Translations under genes and position numbers: made by a program | DNA from: Candidatus Poribacteria bacterium | GTDB taxonomy: Bacteria > Poribacteria > WGA-4E > WGA-3G | NCBI GenBank assembly: GCA_963663765.2 | Contig: CAXXUA010000013.1 | Span: forward strand, 672,001-736,000 | Length of the DNA: 64,000 nt | Direction of reading: 5' to 3' | The notes under the pieces: generated by a model | Database searches by the model: none | What the model was told of the DNA's origin: nothing | What the model saw: the letters and a program-made list of their open reading frames with translations, nothing else | In this document: positions 19,320 through 27,979 of the stretch, one piece after another | Position numbering within the stretch: position 1 is the stretch's first letter | Layout of the letters: every line of letters starts with the position of its first letter

Positions 19320-21080
19320 CTAAGTCTGTTTTCCTGCGATAGGTAGTTTTACAGTAAAGGTTGACCCCAGACCTTCCTCACTTTCTACTTCAATGACACC
19401 TTGATGTTGTCTAATAATCCTGTCAGAAACTGAAAGTCCAAGACCAGTTCCCTTTTCTGTTATCTGTGTAGTATAAAATGGGTCAAAAATTCTATCTTGA
19501 GATGTATTTGAAATACCTATTCCATTATCAATTACTTTTACGTAAACACTGGGTTGTGCTAAGAACGGATCTAATATCAATTCTCCTGTTCCAAACTGTA
19601 GTTTTCCACCTTTTGGCATTGCTGTTATGGCGTTCAGAGATAGATTTAGGATGACCTGTTCTAATAAATGTTTGTCACCATGAATGAGTGAAATGTTATT
19701 TTGGAAGTCTTTTTCAATCTGTATACCTTTTTCAGATGCACCATATTCAATAAGACCTATTGTTTCATTTACTATATCATTGAGGTTTATGGATGTTAAT
19801 GTCAACTCATGTGGTCGTGAGAAGTCGAGCAATTTTCCAATTGTCGCTTCAATTCGTCGTATCGCTTCCTCCATTAAATCGAGATATTCTTTAGTCTGTT
19901 CTATGTTTTTTGGGTTGCGTTGTATACGGAGTATGCAGTTTAACAACCCATCAAGGGGGTTATTGATTTCATGCGCTACTCCTGCAGCTAATTCACCTAT
20001 AGCAGCCATCTTTTCTGAAAAGATGAGTTGCTGTTCCATCCTTTTTCTATCAGTAACATCACGAGAAACGAGTACAGTTCCGAGATAATTATCCTCAACG
20101 TCTCGTACAGCAGCATAGGTATTCTCGTAGTGCTTTTCTCCTATCTGTTGGTCTTTTCTTTCAATAGCTTCGTTTCCTTCGGTGAATTCCCGCGATATTT
20201 GTGCAAGTGTTTCAGTGCTTCCAAAATGCAGGTTCGGTGTCATATTATGGTCGGATTGTTCTTCTTGTATCTGTAGTGCTGCTTTGTTGAAGAGGGTAGA
20301 TTTGTTAGTAGAATCAACAAATACAACACCTTCATGCATGCATTCAATAATAGATTTTAGTTTGTTTCGTTCAAAAACTAATTCTTTACGGGTTTCAACA
20401 AGCTCATCAACTTTTTCCTCCAAATGTTCTTTTAATTCGCGTGTTTCTGCTTCGCGTTCTCTTGCAGTCTGAGTAATTGTCGTTGCAAGATATACAGAGA
20501 AGAAGAGGGTACTTGTAAAAACAAAAAGAACTGCAAGAACATAGATTGGATCACGCCATAGGTTTTCAGGTAGGAAATTATTGAGATGGTAGTGTGTTAG
20601 AATCTCAAAATGCTCAAGGAATATGAGCGAACTTAGCAGCAATGTGTTCAGTGCTGCTAAGATATAACTCACACGTTTAGATAGGATGATGCTTGCAATA
20701 ATCAGGTGAAAAACAAAATAGAAAATAAAGGGGTTTTCAACACCACCGCTGAAGTGAATGAGTGCGATTAACGACAGCAAATCAAGGATGATATGGATGC
20801 ACGCTTGCCGTTTGATATACTCTAACCGTTGTTGTTCAGGTGCTTTTCGGAAAATCTGAGGTTCAAAGTTATAAAGCACCATCAGACCGGCAATAACATA
20901 CAAAGGTAAAGGTTGTGCTATCATGCCTCGCGCTAAATAGGCAACCGTTACAGTAAAAAAAACTCCTACGATTGCAATCCAACGGAGCCGCACTAACCAT
21001 CCGATTTGTTTGATTAACTCCAGTTTTAACGGCAGTTCATCTTCGACTGCTTTTTCCTGGAACAATTGTGTCTGCTCCAT
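19320..21080 (-). CDS. Membrane sensor histidine kinase with PAS domain
   Basis: Multiple TM helices; AHEINNPL H-box; N, G1, F, G2 boxes (DNGIG, FDPFYT, GTGLGL). Confidence 0.92.
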   Translation of the reverse strand: MEQTQLFQEKAVEDELPLKLELIKQIGWLVRLRWIAIVGVFFTVTVAYLARGMIAQPLPLYVIAGLMVLYNFEPQIFRKAPEQQRLEYIKRQACIHIILDLLSLIALIHFSGGVENPFIFYFVFHLIIASIILSKRVSYILAALNTLLLSSLIFLEHFEILTHYHLNNFLPENLWRDPIYVLAVLFVFTSTLFFSVYLATTITQTAREREAETRELKEHLEEKVDELVETRKELVFERNKLKSIIECMHEGVVFVDSTNKSTLFNKAALQIQEEQSDHNMTPNLHFGSTETLAQISREFTEGNEAIERKDQQIGEKHYENTYAAVRDVEDNYLGTVLVSRDVTDRKRMEQQLIFSEKMAAIGELAAGVAHEINNPLDGLLNCILRIQRNPKNIEQTKEYLDLMEEAIRRIEATIGKLLDFSRPHELTLTSINLNDIVNETIGLIEYGASEKGIQIEKDFQNNISLIHGDKHLLEQVILNLSLNAITAMPKGGKLQFGTGELILDPFLAQPSVYVKVIDNGIGISNTSQDRIFDPFYTTQITEKGTGLGLSVSDRIIRQHQGVIEVESEEGLGSTFTVKLPIAGKQT

Positions 21081-21094
21081 CTCAGTCGGTCTCT

Positions 21095-21382
21095 CTATTT
21101 GATGTAACGGACTTCACCTTCTACTTCAATGGTATCAACGATCGCCATGACAACACCATCAACAGGCTTGTTGCTGGTCACACTTGTCTGGCGCGCTGAA
21201 CTACCTGAAGCCACAAGCACAATTTCACCGATACCTGCTCCTACAGCATCTACGGCGACTATATACTTCCGTTCTAATTCACCTTCTAAATTCACATCTT
21301 GAACAATCAGTAACTTGCTACCCACAAGTTTCTCATCCTTTTGTGTTGCTACGACTGTCCCAGTAACCTTTCCAAGTGTCAT
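21095..21382 (-). CDS. eutN: Bacterial microcompartment vertex protein (EutN/CcmL)
   Basis: GKVTGTVVATQK, VAVDAVGAGIGE, GSSAR, PVD...AIVD. Confidence 0.92.
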   Translation of the reverse strand: MTLGKVTGTVVATQKDEKLVGSKLLIVQDVNLEGELERKYIVAVDAVGAGIGEIVLVASGSSARQTSVTSNKPVDGVVMAIVDTIEVEGEVRYIK

Positions 21383-21454
21383 TCAATATCCTTATCTCTA
21401 CTTTTGTATTAGAGTATATTCTTTGTGTATTTTGTGATATCACAAAGAAATTGA

Positions 21455-21679
21455 TGGGTGTGTAAAGTTTTTGACATGATGTTGTCAGAATCACCTAATC
21501 AACGGTATGAAGACCTTTTGATACTCCCCGGAATTCGTAGAAAACGCGGACAAAATACCAGCATCTCATCGTATACCTTATATAACGTTTAGTCTATGCA
21601 AGACTACATCGTGTATGAGTCTTATCCGCGTAATCAGTGTAATCTGCGATTCTGTCAACTAAAAACTTTAACATACCCA
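21455..21679. mobile_element. MITE with internal TGTCAGAATC-type repeat
   Basis: Imperfect TIRs TGGGTGTGTAAAGTTTTT / AAAAACTTTAACATACCCA flanked by AATTGA on both sides. Confidence 0.65.
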
Positions 21680-21752
21680 AATTGACAATTTCCTATCATC
21701 ATGGTAAACTATTTCAGATGACTAAGTCAAGTCAAAAAGTTGGAGAACACTA

Positions 21753-22859
21753 TTGAACCAGAATACAACAGATGTCGTAATCATTGGTGGGGGTATAATT
21801 GGGTGTTCAATTGCGTATCAACTTGCCAAAAAGCAGTTGAATGTGCTTGTAATTGAGAAAGCTTCCCGTGTTGGCACGGAAGCATCTTGGGCAGGTGCAG
21901 GTATTTTGACTTCTCATGCATCCACACATGAACCGTATCCGGAACTTTGTCGTGCCAGTCTTGCCTTGTATCCAACCTTAGCAGCAGAACTAAAAGCAGA
22001 AACAGATATTGATATTGAGTTTATCCGTTCTGGTACACTCTCGGTTTTTTTCGACGAAGCCGAAGCAGCAGGTTTAATCGGTTTAGCAGAACGAAGAGTA
22101 AACCGTGGTTTTACTGCCGAAGTCTTAACACCCGAACAAGCATGGCAATCAGAACCCACTATCTCAAAATCAATAGAAGGTGCTGTGCTTTTCCCAGAAG
22201 ATGGACATGTACAAAACCCAAAAATGGTTAAAGCTTTAGCAAAGGGGGCTGCTAATTTAGGGGTAAAATTCTTGTTCGGAAATCCAATTACTGGATTTGT
22301 TAGAGAAAATGGGCAAGTCGTCGGGGTGATAGTGAACGATGAAACTATCCGTGCTGAAACGTTTGTGATTGCTGCGGGATGTTGGTCAGGTCACCTGACA
22401 GGATTTCTCAACCTTCCTATCTCCATTGCGCCTGTTAAAGGACAGATTGTCCTCCTTGAAACAATGCCGCCGATTTTCCAACATATTGTTGATGGACTTG
22501 GCATCTATATCGTTCCGAGAGCAGATGGGAAGGTTCTACTTGGTGCTACAGTGGAGTTCGTTGGGTATGATAAGACGACTTCAGTTGAGGGTGTGAAGCA
22601 GATGATTGACGCTGCTGTTGAAATCACACCACAACTTGCACAAAGTGCCTTTGTTCGGACGTGGGCAGGATTGCGTCCATATTACAAAAAGGGACCGTGT
22701 CTCGGATATCTACCAGGATATGACAATGTGGTATTGGCATCTGGACACTATAAAAATGGCATACTTCTGGCTCCAATCACAGGTCAACTCATTGCTGAAC
22801 TCATCACTAATGGGAAACTTTCAATATCCCTTGAACCTTTTCAACCCACATTGATGTAG
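21753..22859 (+). CDS. thiO: Glycine oxidase
   Basis: IIGGGIIG, ASWAGAGIL, PVKGQ, WAGLRP, GHYKNGILLAP. Confidence 0.88.
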   Translation: MNQNTTDVVIIGGGIIGCSIAYQLAKKQLNVLVIEKASRVGTEASWAGAGILTSHASTHEPYPELCRASLALYPTLAAELKAETDIDIEFIRSGTLSVFFDEAEAAGLIGLAERRVNRGFTAEVLTPEQAWQSEPTISKSIEGAVLFPEDGHVQNPKMVKALAKGAANLGVKFLFGNPITGFVRENGQVVGVIVNDETIRAETFVIAAGCWSGHLTGFLNLPISIAPVKGQIVLLETMPPIFQHIVDGLGIYIVPRADGKVLLGATVEFVGYDKTTSVEGVKQMIDAAVEITPQLAQSAFVRTWAGLRPYYKKGPCLGYLPGYDNVVLASGHYKNGILLAPITGQLIAELITNGKLSISLEPFQPTLM

Positions 22860-22912
22860 TGGTAACACTGCATCAATTGTAAATTATTTAAATGTCAAAT
22901 TAAAAACCTTTT

Positions 22913-23119
22913 ATGGAGGTAAAACAATTGGAACAATTGGAACAAATTGCAGGGATTGCGATTTTGAGCTTAATATTTAGTAGTTTTGTTACAGTTTTTT
23001 GGATGATAGTCGGTTGGCAAGCAATGCGTTCGCTTGAAAAACTTGCTAATGCTGTTGAATTGATGGCTCTACGTAACAATAGACAAAATCAACAAACAGA
23101 TCTAATAAGTGACGATTAG
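22913..23119 (+). CDS. Small single-TM hypothetical protein
   Basis: TM helix then W-x-AMRSLEKLANAV; paralogous to the next ORF. Confidence 0.6.
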   Translation: MEVKQLEQLEQIAGIAILSLIFSSFVTVFWMIVGWQAMRSLEKLANAVELMALRNNRQNQQTDLISDD

Positions 23120-23324
23120 AATATAAAATCACTAATTCTACTTATCTTGGTGCGTTTGTCAGGGAATGCTCTAAAGCATTCCCGCCTACCGCGTGAGTAT
23201 TCATGGTTCACTGAATAGAATACTTGGACTTTATTGTGAAGTAATAGCACTAAGATGCAATCCACAAAAAGTTTAAATTGATATGCAGAATTTTCATCAG
23301 AAGATTTTACTTAGGAGGAAAGTT

Positions 23325-23510
23325 ATGCCCGAACTATTATCAACTCTAATAATTCTATTTTTCACCATATTTTGGGCTATTCTATTTTGGCGACTAATGC
23401 GAGCTCACGAAACATTAGCTGAAGCAGTAGATAGAATATCAATTAGTTTAAATAAGCAAGAATCAATGAATAGACCCAATCAAGAGAATCAAGAGAATCA
23501 AGTGAAATAA
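23325..23510 (+). CDS. Small single-TM hypothetical protein (paralog of 22913)
   Basis: AGGAGG RBS; FW..WRLMRAHETLAEAV. Confidence 0.65.
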   Translation: MPELLSTLIILFFTIFWAILFWRLMRAHETLAEAVDRISISLNKQESMNRPNQENQENQVK

Positions 23511-23593
23511 ATAGAAGGAAAGACAATTCACATGAATTGAGTTGGAAATTGTTATCGCAAATATTATGAATTCATAGCAATTAAAGGAAATAA

Positions 23594-23989
23594 ATGAAAC
23601 CGCATATCACTATTGTTACACTGGGCGTTGAAGACCTTCAGCGCGCTATTGAATTTTACCGCAATGGATTAGGATTTCCACTTATGGATGAGGGTGACAC
23701 GGATAGTATTGCGTTTTTTAAGTTGGAAGGTATAATCCTTGGGCTTTATCCCAGAGACAAATTGGCTGAAGATATAACGATTTCATCTGAAGGTTCAGGA
23801 TTTCAGGGATTTACACTTGCTCACAACGTAGGTTCTCCTGAGGAAGTAGACAACACTTTAGCAGAAGCAGTTTCTGCGGGAGCGGAGCTTGTAAAACCGG
23901 GCCAGAAAGTGTTTTGGGGTGGGTATTCTGGTTACTTCCAAGACCCTGATGGGTTCTATTGGGAAGTCGCTCATAATCCCTTTCTATAA
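23594..23989 (+). CDS. VOC/glyoxalase family protein
   Basis: ITIVTLGVEDL, TLAHNV, FWGGYSGYFQDPDG-WEVAHNP. Confidence 0.92.
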   Translation: MKPHITIVTLGVEDLQRAIEFYRNGLGFPLMDEGDTDSIAFFKLEGIILGLYPRDKLAEDITISSEGSGFQGFTLAHNVGSPEEVDNTLAEAVSAGAELVKPGQKVFWGGYSGYFQDPDGFYWEVAHNPFL

Positions 23990-24075
23990 TGTTTAGTGTG
24001 AATTTTTGCTTTACAGAAACAGAAACTGAATTGGCTTCGCTGTTGATACAAACTACAAGATAGGTATAAAACACT

Positions 24076-24260
24076 ATGGCAAAAAACGAACCTCCCCGAA
24101 TCTCATCGATGAGTGAGTTTATTGAATGGGTAAACCAATTAGGTTTCGGAAATTATCTATTTCGGGGTGTACCGAATGCGGAATATAGTATACAAGCATC
24201 TGCTTATCGCCGCCCAAAAGAAGAAGACAAACAAGCAGAAAATTTTATTCAAATCAATAT
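24076..24260 (+). pseudogene. 5' fragment of an FRG-domain gene
   Basis: ISSMSEFIEWV...YLFRGVPN...ASAYRR, then an abrupt switch to unrelated sequence. Confidence 0.7.
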
Positions 24261-24458
24261 TGGTATGTCAAACCTCAAAAACCGATGGAAGCAGAAAAAC
24301 ACTTTATCGCTATCAATGACGTTGAGAAACAGAAGAAGTTGTTAGCGGAGTTGCTGGATAAGAATCAATTGTATGTCCATCTTTCTGAAATGGAAGATGA
24401 GACGTTTAAGGTCGGTGAAGCAGATAAGGTGTTGAACAAGAAGTTTTATGGAGAATAA
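24261..24458 (+). pseudogene. 3' tail of a type III R-M Mod-like methyltransferase gene
   Basis: Unannotated frame reads QKKLLAELLDKNQLYVHLSEMEDETFKVGEADKVLNKKFYGE*, resembling the LDKNQLYV...FYG C-terminus of Mod subunits. Confidence 0.65.
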
Positions 24459-25290
24459 ACAAACCCCAATATCATCATCTTCAATTCGACACTACTTTGT
24501 AGACGAAGGAGGCGATAGCACTCTCTTTTCTAAGACAGGAAAAGTATTGGTAGGTACAGAAGGATGTTCCCGGTTTTTCATACTTGGCTTATTGGAAGTG
24601 CCAAATCCAACAGCATTAAAGGTTCGTTTTGATGGACTACGTGCACAGCTGATGGTCTATTCCTATTTCAATGCCGTGCCGTCTATGCAACCAAACGAGC
24701 GAAAAACTGCTGTTGCATTTCACGCCAAGGATGATTTACCTGAAGTTCGGAGGGATGTATTTAAATTTTTACGTGACATGGAAGGATTACGCTTTTACGC
24801 AGTTGTTGCTGATAAATTGAGCGTTCTTGAATACGTCCGCCAACGCAACAAACGAGAAACCGCTTATCGTTACCAGCCCAATGAACTTTACGACTATTTG
24901 ACAGGATATTTATTCAAAGAAAGATTAAGTCAGCATAATAGATACGATATTATTTTTTCCAAACGTGGTAAATCTGGCAGACTTGACGATTTGCGTAAGC
25001 TGATTGAAACAGCATCCTCACTTATAACACAGCAGCAGAACATCAGTGCCGATTCTGTTCCAAACGTATCTGTCGCTACGCCGAAGGAACATGCCGGTTT
25101 GCAAGCAGTCGACTATTTTGTTTGGGCATTACAGAGACTCTATGAGCGGGATGAGGAGCGATACCTGTTATATCTATGGGACGCTATTCGCATCGTATAC
25201 GATATTGATGATACGCGGAAAACCGATAACGGCATCCTTTATACACAAAAGAACCCTTTAACAACGGAGGTTTTACAGTGGCGGAAATAA
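24448..25290 (+). CDS. DUF3800-domain protein
   Basis: N-terminal YFVDEGG, central FHAK, C-terminal LQAVDY (QxxD). Confidence 0.85.
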   Translation: MENKQTPISSSSIRHYFVDEGGDSTLFSKTGKVLVGTEGCSRFFILGLLEVPNPTALKVRFDGLRAQLMVYSYFNAVPSMQPNERKTAVAFHAKDDLPEVRRDVFKFLRDMEGLRFYAVVADKLSVLEYVRQRNKRETAYRYQPNELYDYLTGYLFKERLSQHNRYDIIFSKRGKSGRLDDLRKLIETASSLITQQQNISADSVPNVSVATPKEHAGLQAVDYFVWALQRLYERDEERYLLYLWDAIRIVYDIDDTRKTDNGILYTQKNPLTTEVLQWRK

Positions 25291-25365
25291 AAAGTCAGGG
25301 ATATAGGATTGTGCAAACCGCAGCCCGACAATCACCAGGCATGGAGCCATTTTCGTCCCTGACAA
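25288..25365 (-). ncRNA. Candidate DUF3800-associated structured ncRNA
   Basis: Closing stem GUCAGGGA/UCCCUGAC, inner GGC/GCC and GAUUGU/ACAAUC stems, 3' U-tract, own promoter. Confidence 0.7.
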
Positions 25366-25369
25366 TTAC

Positions 25370-25399
25370 ATAATACAACATATTGTGATATTATGTCAA
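25370..25399 (-). promoter_or_regulatory. Sigma70 promoter for the candidate ncRNA
   Basis: TTGACA-18 nt-TATTAT, ending ~6 nt before the stem. Confidence 0.6.
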
Positions 25400-25697
25400 G
25401 TAAATTTCACATATTCTGTCTATTACAATATGGTAGAAAGCAATGGTATCTAATGACAATAAAAGCTATGTCAACCCTCCAAATAGAGGACAAGACGTTG
25501 AAATACCATTTCTAAATGATAACTTATCATTATCAAGAATCACGACAAAACCCCTACCTTTAGGTAGTGGGATGTAGTCGTGCTAAGTGCTTGTGTCAAG
25601 AAAAAACTTGATTTTTGGTTTAAAACATGAGATACTCATTATATCAGTTCAGTGTAGGTGCTACTAACACCTACACACCTTTAGTATGGGGAACTGA

Positions 25698-25785
25698 TAC
25701 CAAATTAACGGAATATGTCTTTTTCCGACGGTAGGTGCGGTTTCCTAACCGCACACTTAACAAGATAAATCACATTAATTGGGTA
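25698..25785. mobile_element. 88-bp MITE carrying a GTAG-type REP, inserted in the tnpB leader
   Basis: TACCAAATTAA/TTAATTGGGTA TIRs, TGA TSD; accounts for the 91-bp length difference from copy 2. Confidence 0.88.
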
Positions 25786-25814
25786 TGACATCTTCATAGG
25801 ACTGGAATATCATC

Positions 25815-27005
25815 CTGCTAAAAACACATAAGATTGCATTGAATCCAAATAACAATCAACGCAATTGGTTTGCACAACAGTGTGGCTATGCGAGATTTGC
25901 ATATAATCATGCATTAGCAGATTTCAAGTCTGCATTGGCAAATGATGAGTTCTTATCCGCTGCGAAGTTAAACAAGCGGTTTAATGTTGCTAAGAAAGAA
26001 CATGCTTGGACAAAAGATATGGATCAGGTTGTAGCCAACAAAAGCATATTTGGCAACTTATCGGCTGCGCTTGCGAATTGGGTTGGTAAACGTGCAAAGT
26101 TTCCGAAGTTCAAGAAGCGTGGTAAAAAGGACGCATTCACCACAAATAATCAATCTGTGGAAGTTGAAGGCAAGCGTATCAAACTTCCTAAGATTGGTTG
26201 GATTAGCATGTTTGAATCATTGCGTTTTGTGGGTAAGATTATGAAAGTGACGATCTCAAGGACAGCACATCGTTGGTTTGTATCTATCACCGTAGAAACA
26301 GAGGACACCGAAGCAGTTGATAATTCAACGCACCCTGTGATTGGTGTAGATGTAGGCATTAACACACTTGCCACCTTGAGTAATGGCACGAAATATGATA
26401 ATCCCCGACCGCTAAAACGTTATGAGCGGAAGCTAAAGAGAGAACAACGCAAGTTGAGCCGGCGTGTTTTCAAGTCTAAAAACTGGTTCAAGCAGAAACA
26501 CGAGCTACAACGTATCCACTATCGTATCGCTTGTATCCGAAACGACGCACATCACAAAGCAACTACAGAGATTGTCAACCATGCCGCTGCGATCGGTATT
26601 GAGACACTCAAGGTTACGAATATGCTGAAGAATAGAAAACTCGCAAAAGTATTGTCAGATTCAGCATTAGGCGGTTTCCTGCTAAAACTCAAGACAAAAG
26701 CGGAAGTGCGCGGTATACCTGTCAAAGAAGCAGATCAGTTCTTTGCAAGTAGTAAAACCTGTTCCGGTTGTGGACACAAAAAGAAAGACCTTACACTTTC
26801 AGAAAGAATGTATCACTGCAGTCAATGTGATATGTCTATAGATAGAGATGTCAACGCTGCCATAAACTTGAAACCAACTACGGTGGGGCACACCGAAAGT
26901 CACGCCTGTGGAGTGCAAATAAGACCCAACGCTGTTCAGGAAAGGGCACGAGACACGGAAGCAGGAAAAGTCGTTTGGAAACAACTCAAACCGTTTCCAA
27001 TATAA
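25815..27005 (+). CDS. tnpB: RNA-guided endonuclease TnpB (start codon CTG instead of ATG)
   Basis: RuvC D-E-D present (GVDVG, GIETL, DRDVNAA); CxxC/CxxC zinc finger. Confidence 0.92.
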   Translation: MLKTHKIALNPNNNQRNWFAQQCGYARFAYNHALADFKSALANDEFLSAAKLNKRFNVAKKEHAWTKDMDQVVANKSIFGNLSAALANWVGKRAKFPKFKKRGKKDAFTTNNQSVEVEGKRIKLPKIGWISMFESLRFVGKIMKVTISRTAHRWFVSITVETEDTEAVDNSTHPVIGVDVGINTLATLSNGTKYDNPRPLKRYERKLKREQRKLSRRVFKSKNWFKQKHELQRIHYRIACIRNDAHHKATTEIVNHAAAIGIETLKVTNMLKNRKLAKVLSDSALGGFLLKLKTKAEVRGIPVKEADQFFASSKTCSGCGHKKKDLTLSERMYHCSQCDMSIDRDVNAAINLKPTTVGHTESHACGVQIRPNAVQERARDTEAGKVVWKQLKPFPI

Positions 27006-27122
27006 GAACTAAGAACCCCCATGCTTTAGCTTGGGGAGTATGTCAGTAATACACGCGTTCGTAGTCGCGCAATTCATTGCGCCTCAGACATTCAAGTTCA
27101 AAAGGATTAATCATTATTAGAA

Positions 27123-27286
27123 CAGGACTTACGCAAAAACGGTAGGCGGGGAATGCTATATAGCATTCATACCGTTGATTTCTTGATTTGGTGCTTTGTA
27201 AGCGCGCCGGATACCTAAAAAGTGCTGAAAATTACATCGTTCTCGGCTTAATTCTTCATCAAATCAAGAAAACTGCGTAAGTCCTG
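27123..27286. mobile_element. MITE with IS701 TIRs (Nezha-like ends)
   Basis: CAGGACTTACGCA / TGCGTAAGTCCTG, identical to the IS701 ends at 8185/11001; no TSD. Confidence 0.88.
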
Positions 27287-27367
27287 ATAAGTAAAGACAA
27301 TTCACATGGATTGAGTTTGAAATTGTTATCGCAAATATTATGAATTCATAGCAATTAAAGGAAATAA

Positions 27368-27764
27368 ATGAAACCGCATATCACTATTGTTACACTGGGC
27401 GTTGAAGACCTTCAGCGCGCAATTGAATTTTACCACGGTGGATTAGGTTTTCCACTGATGGATGAGGGTGACACGGATAGTATTGCATTTTTTAAGTTGG
27501 AAGGTATAATCCTTGGACTTTATCCCATAGACAAACTGGCTGAAGATATAACGATTTCATCTGAAGGTTCAGGATTTCAGGGATTTACACTTGCTCACAA
27601 CGTAGGTTCTCCTGAGGAAGTAGACAACACTTTAGCAGAAGCAGTTTCTGCGGGGGCGGAGGCTTGTAAAACCGGGCCAGAAAGTGTTTTGGGGAGGGTA
27701 TTCTGGCTACTTCAAAGACCCTGATGGGTTCTATTGGGAAGTCGCTCATAATCCCTTTCTATAA
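27368..27764 (+). pseudogene. Frameshifted duplicate of VOC gene 23594..23989
   Basis: Near-identical DNA including ~75 bp upstream; one extra G at ~27661. Confidence 0.85.
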
Positions 27765-27792
27765 TGTTGTGTTGATTCAAAATAATAACGTA

Positions 27793-27949
27793 CAGGACTT
27801 ACGCAGTTATCATGATTTAATCAAGAATTGTGATGAAAATGATGTAATTTTCTACATTATTTGTGTTCCAGCGCGCTTACAAAGCACCAAATCAACGGTA
27901 TGAATGCCGTTTAGGCATTCCCCGCCTACCGTTAGGTGCGTAAGTCCTG
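27793..27949. mobile_element. MITE with IS701 TIRs, inverted relative to the 27123 copy
   Basis: Same 13-bp TIRs; 6-bp TSD AACGTA. Confidence 0.9.
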
Positions 27950-27979
27950 AACGTAAATCTGAAATTGGAGAAATATTTT

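Larger units (their letters stand above)
25534..27046 (+). mobile_element. IS200/IS605-family (IS1341-like, tnpB-only) element, copy 1
   Basis: Shares both ends with the copy at 45216-46637; follows TTAT; subterminal hairpins CCCCTACCTTTAGGTAGTGGG and CCCCATGCTTTAGCTTGGGG; ends TCAG. Confidence 0.9.

Noticed and set aside
25410-25503. Further FRG-gene fragment (YVNPPNRGQDVE)
   Set aside because: Too short and stop-containing to support without a search.
27123-27949. Composite transposon of two MITEs carrying the VOC copy
   Set aside because: The right MITE has its own AACGTA TSD and the outer flanks do not match, indicating independent insertions.
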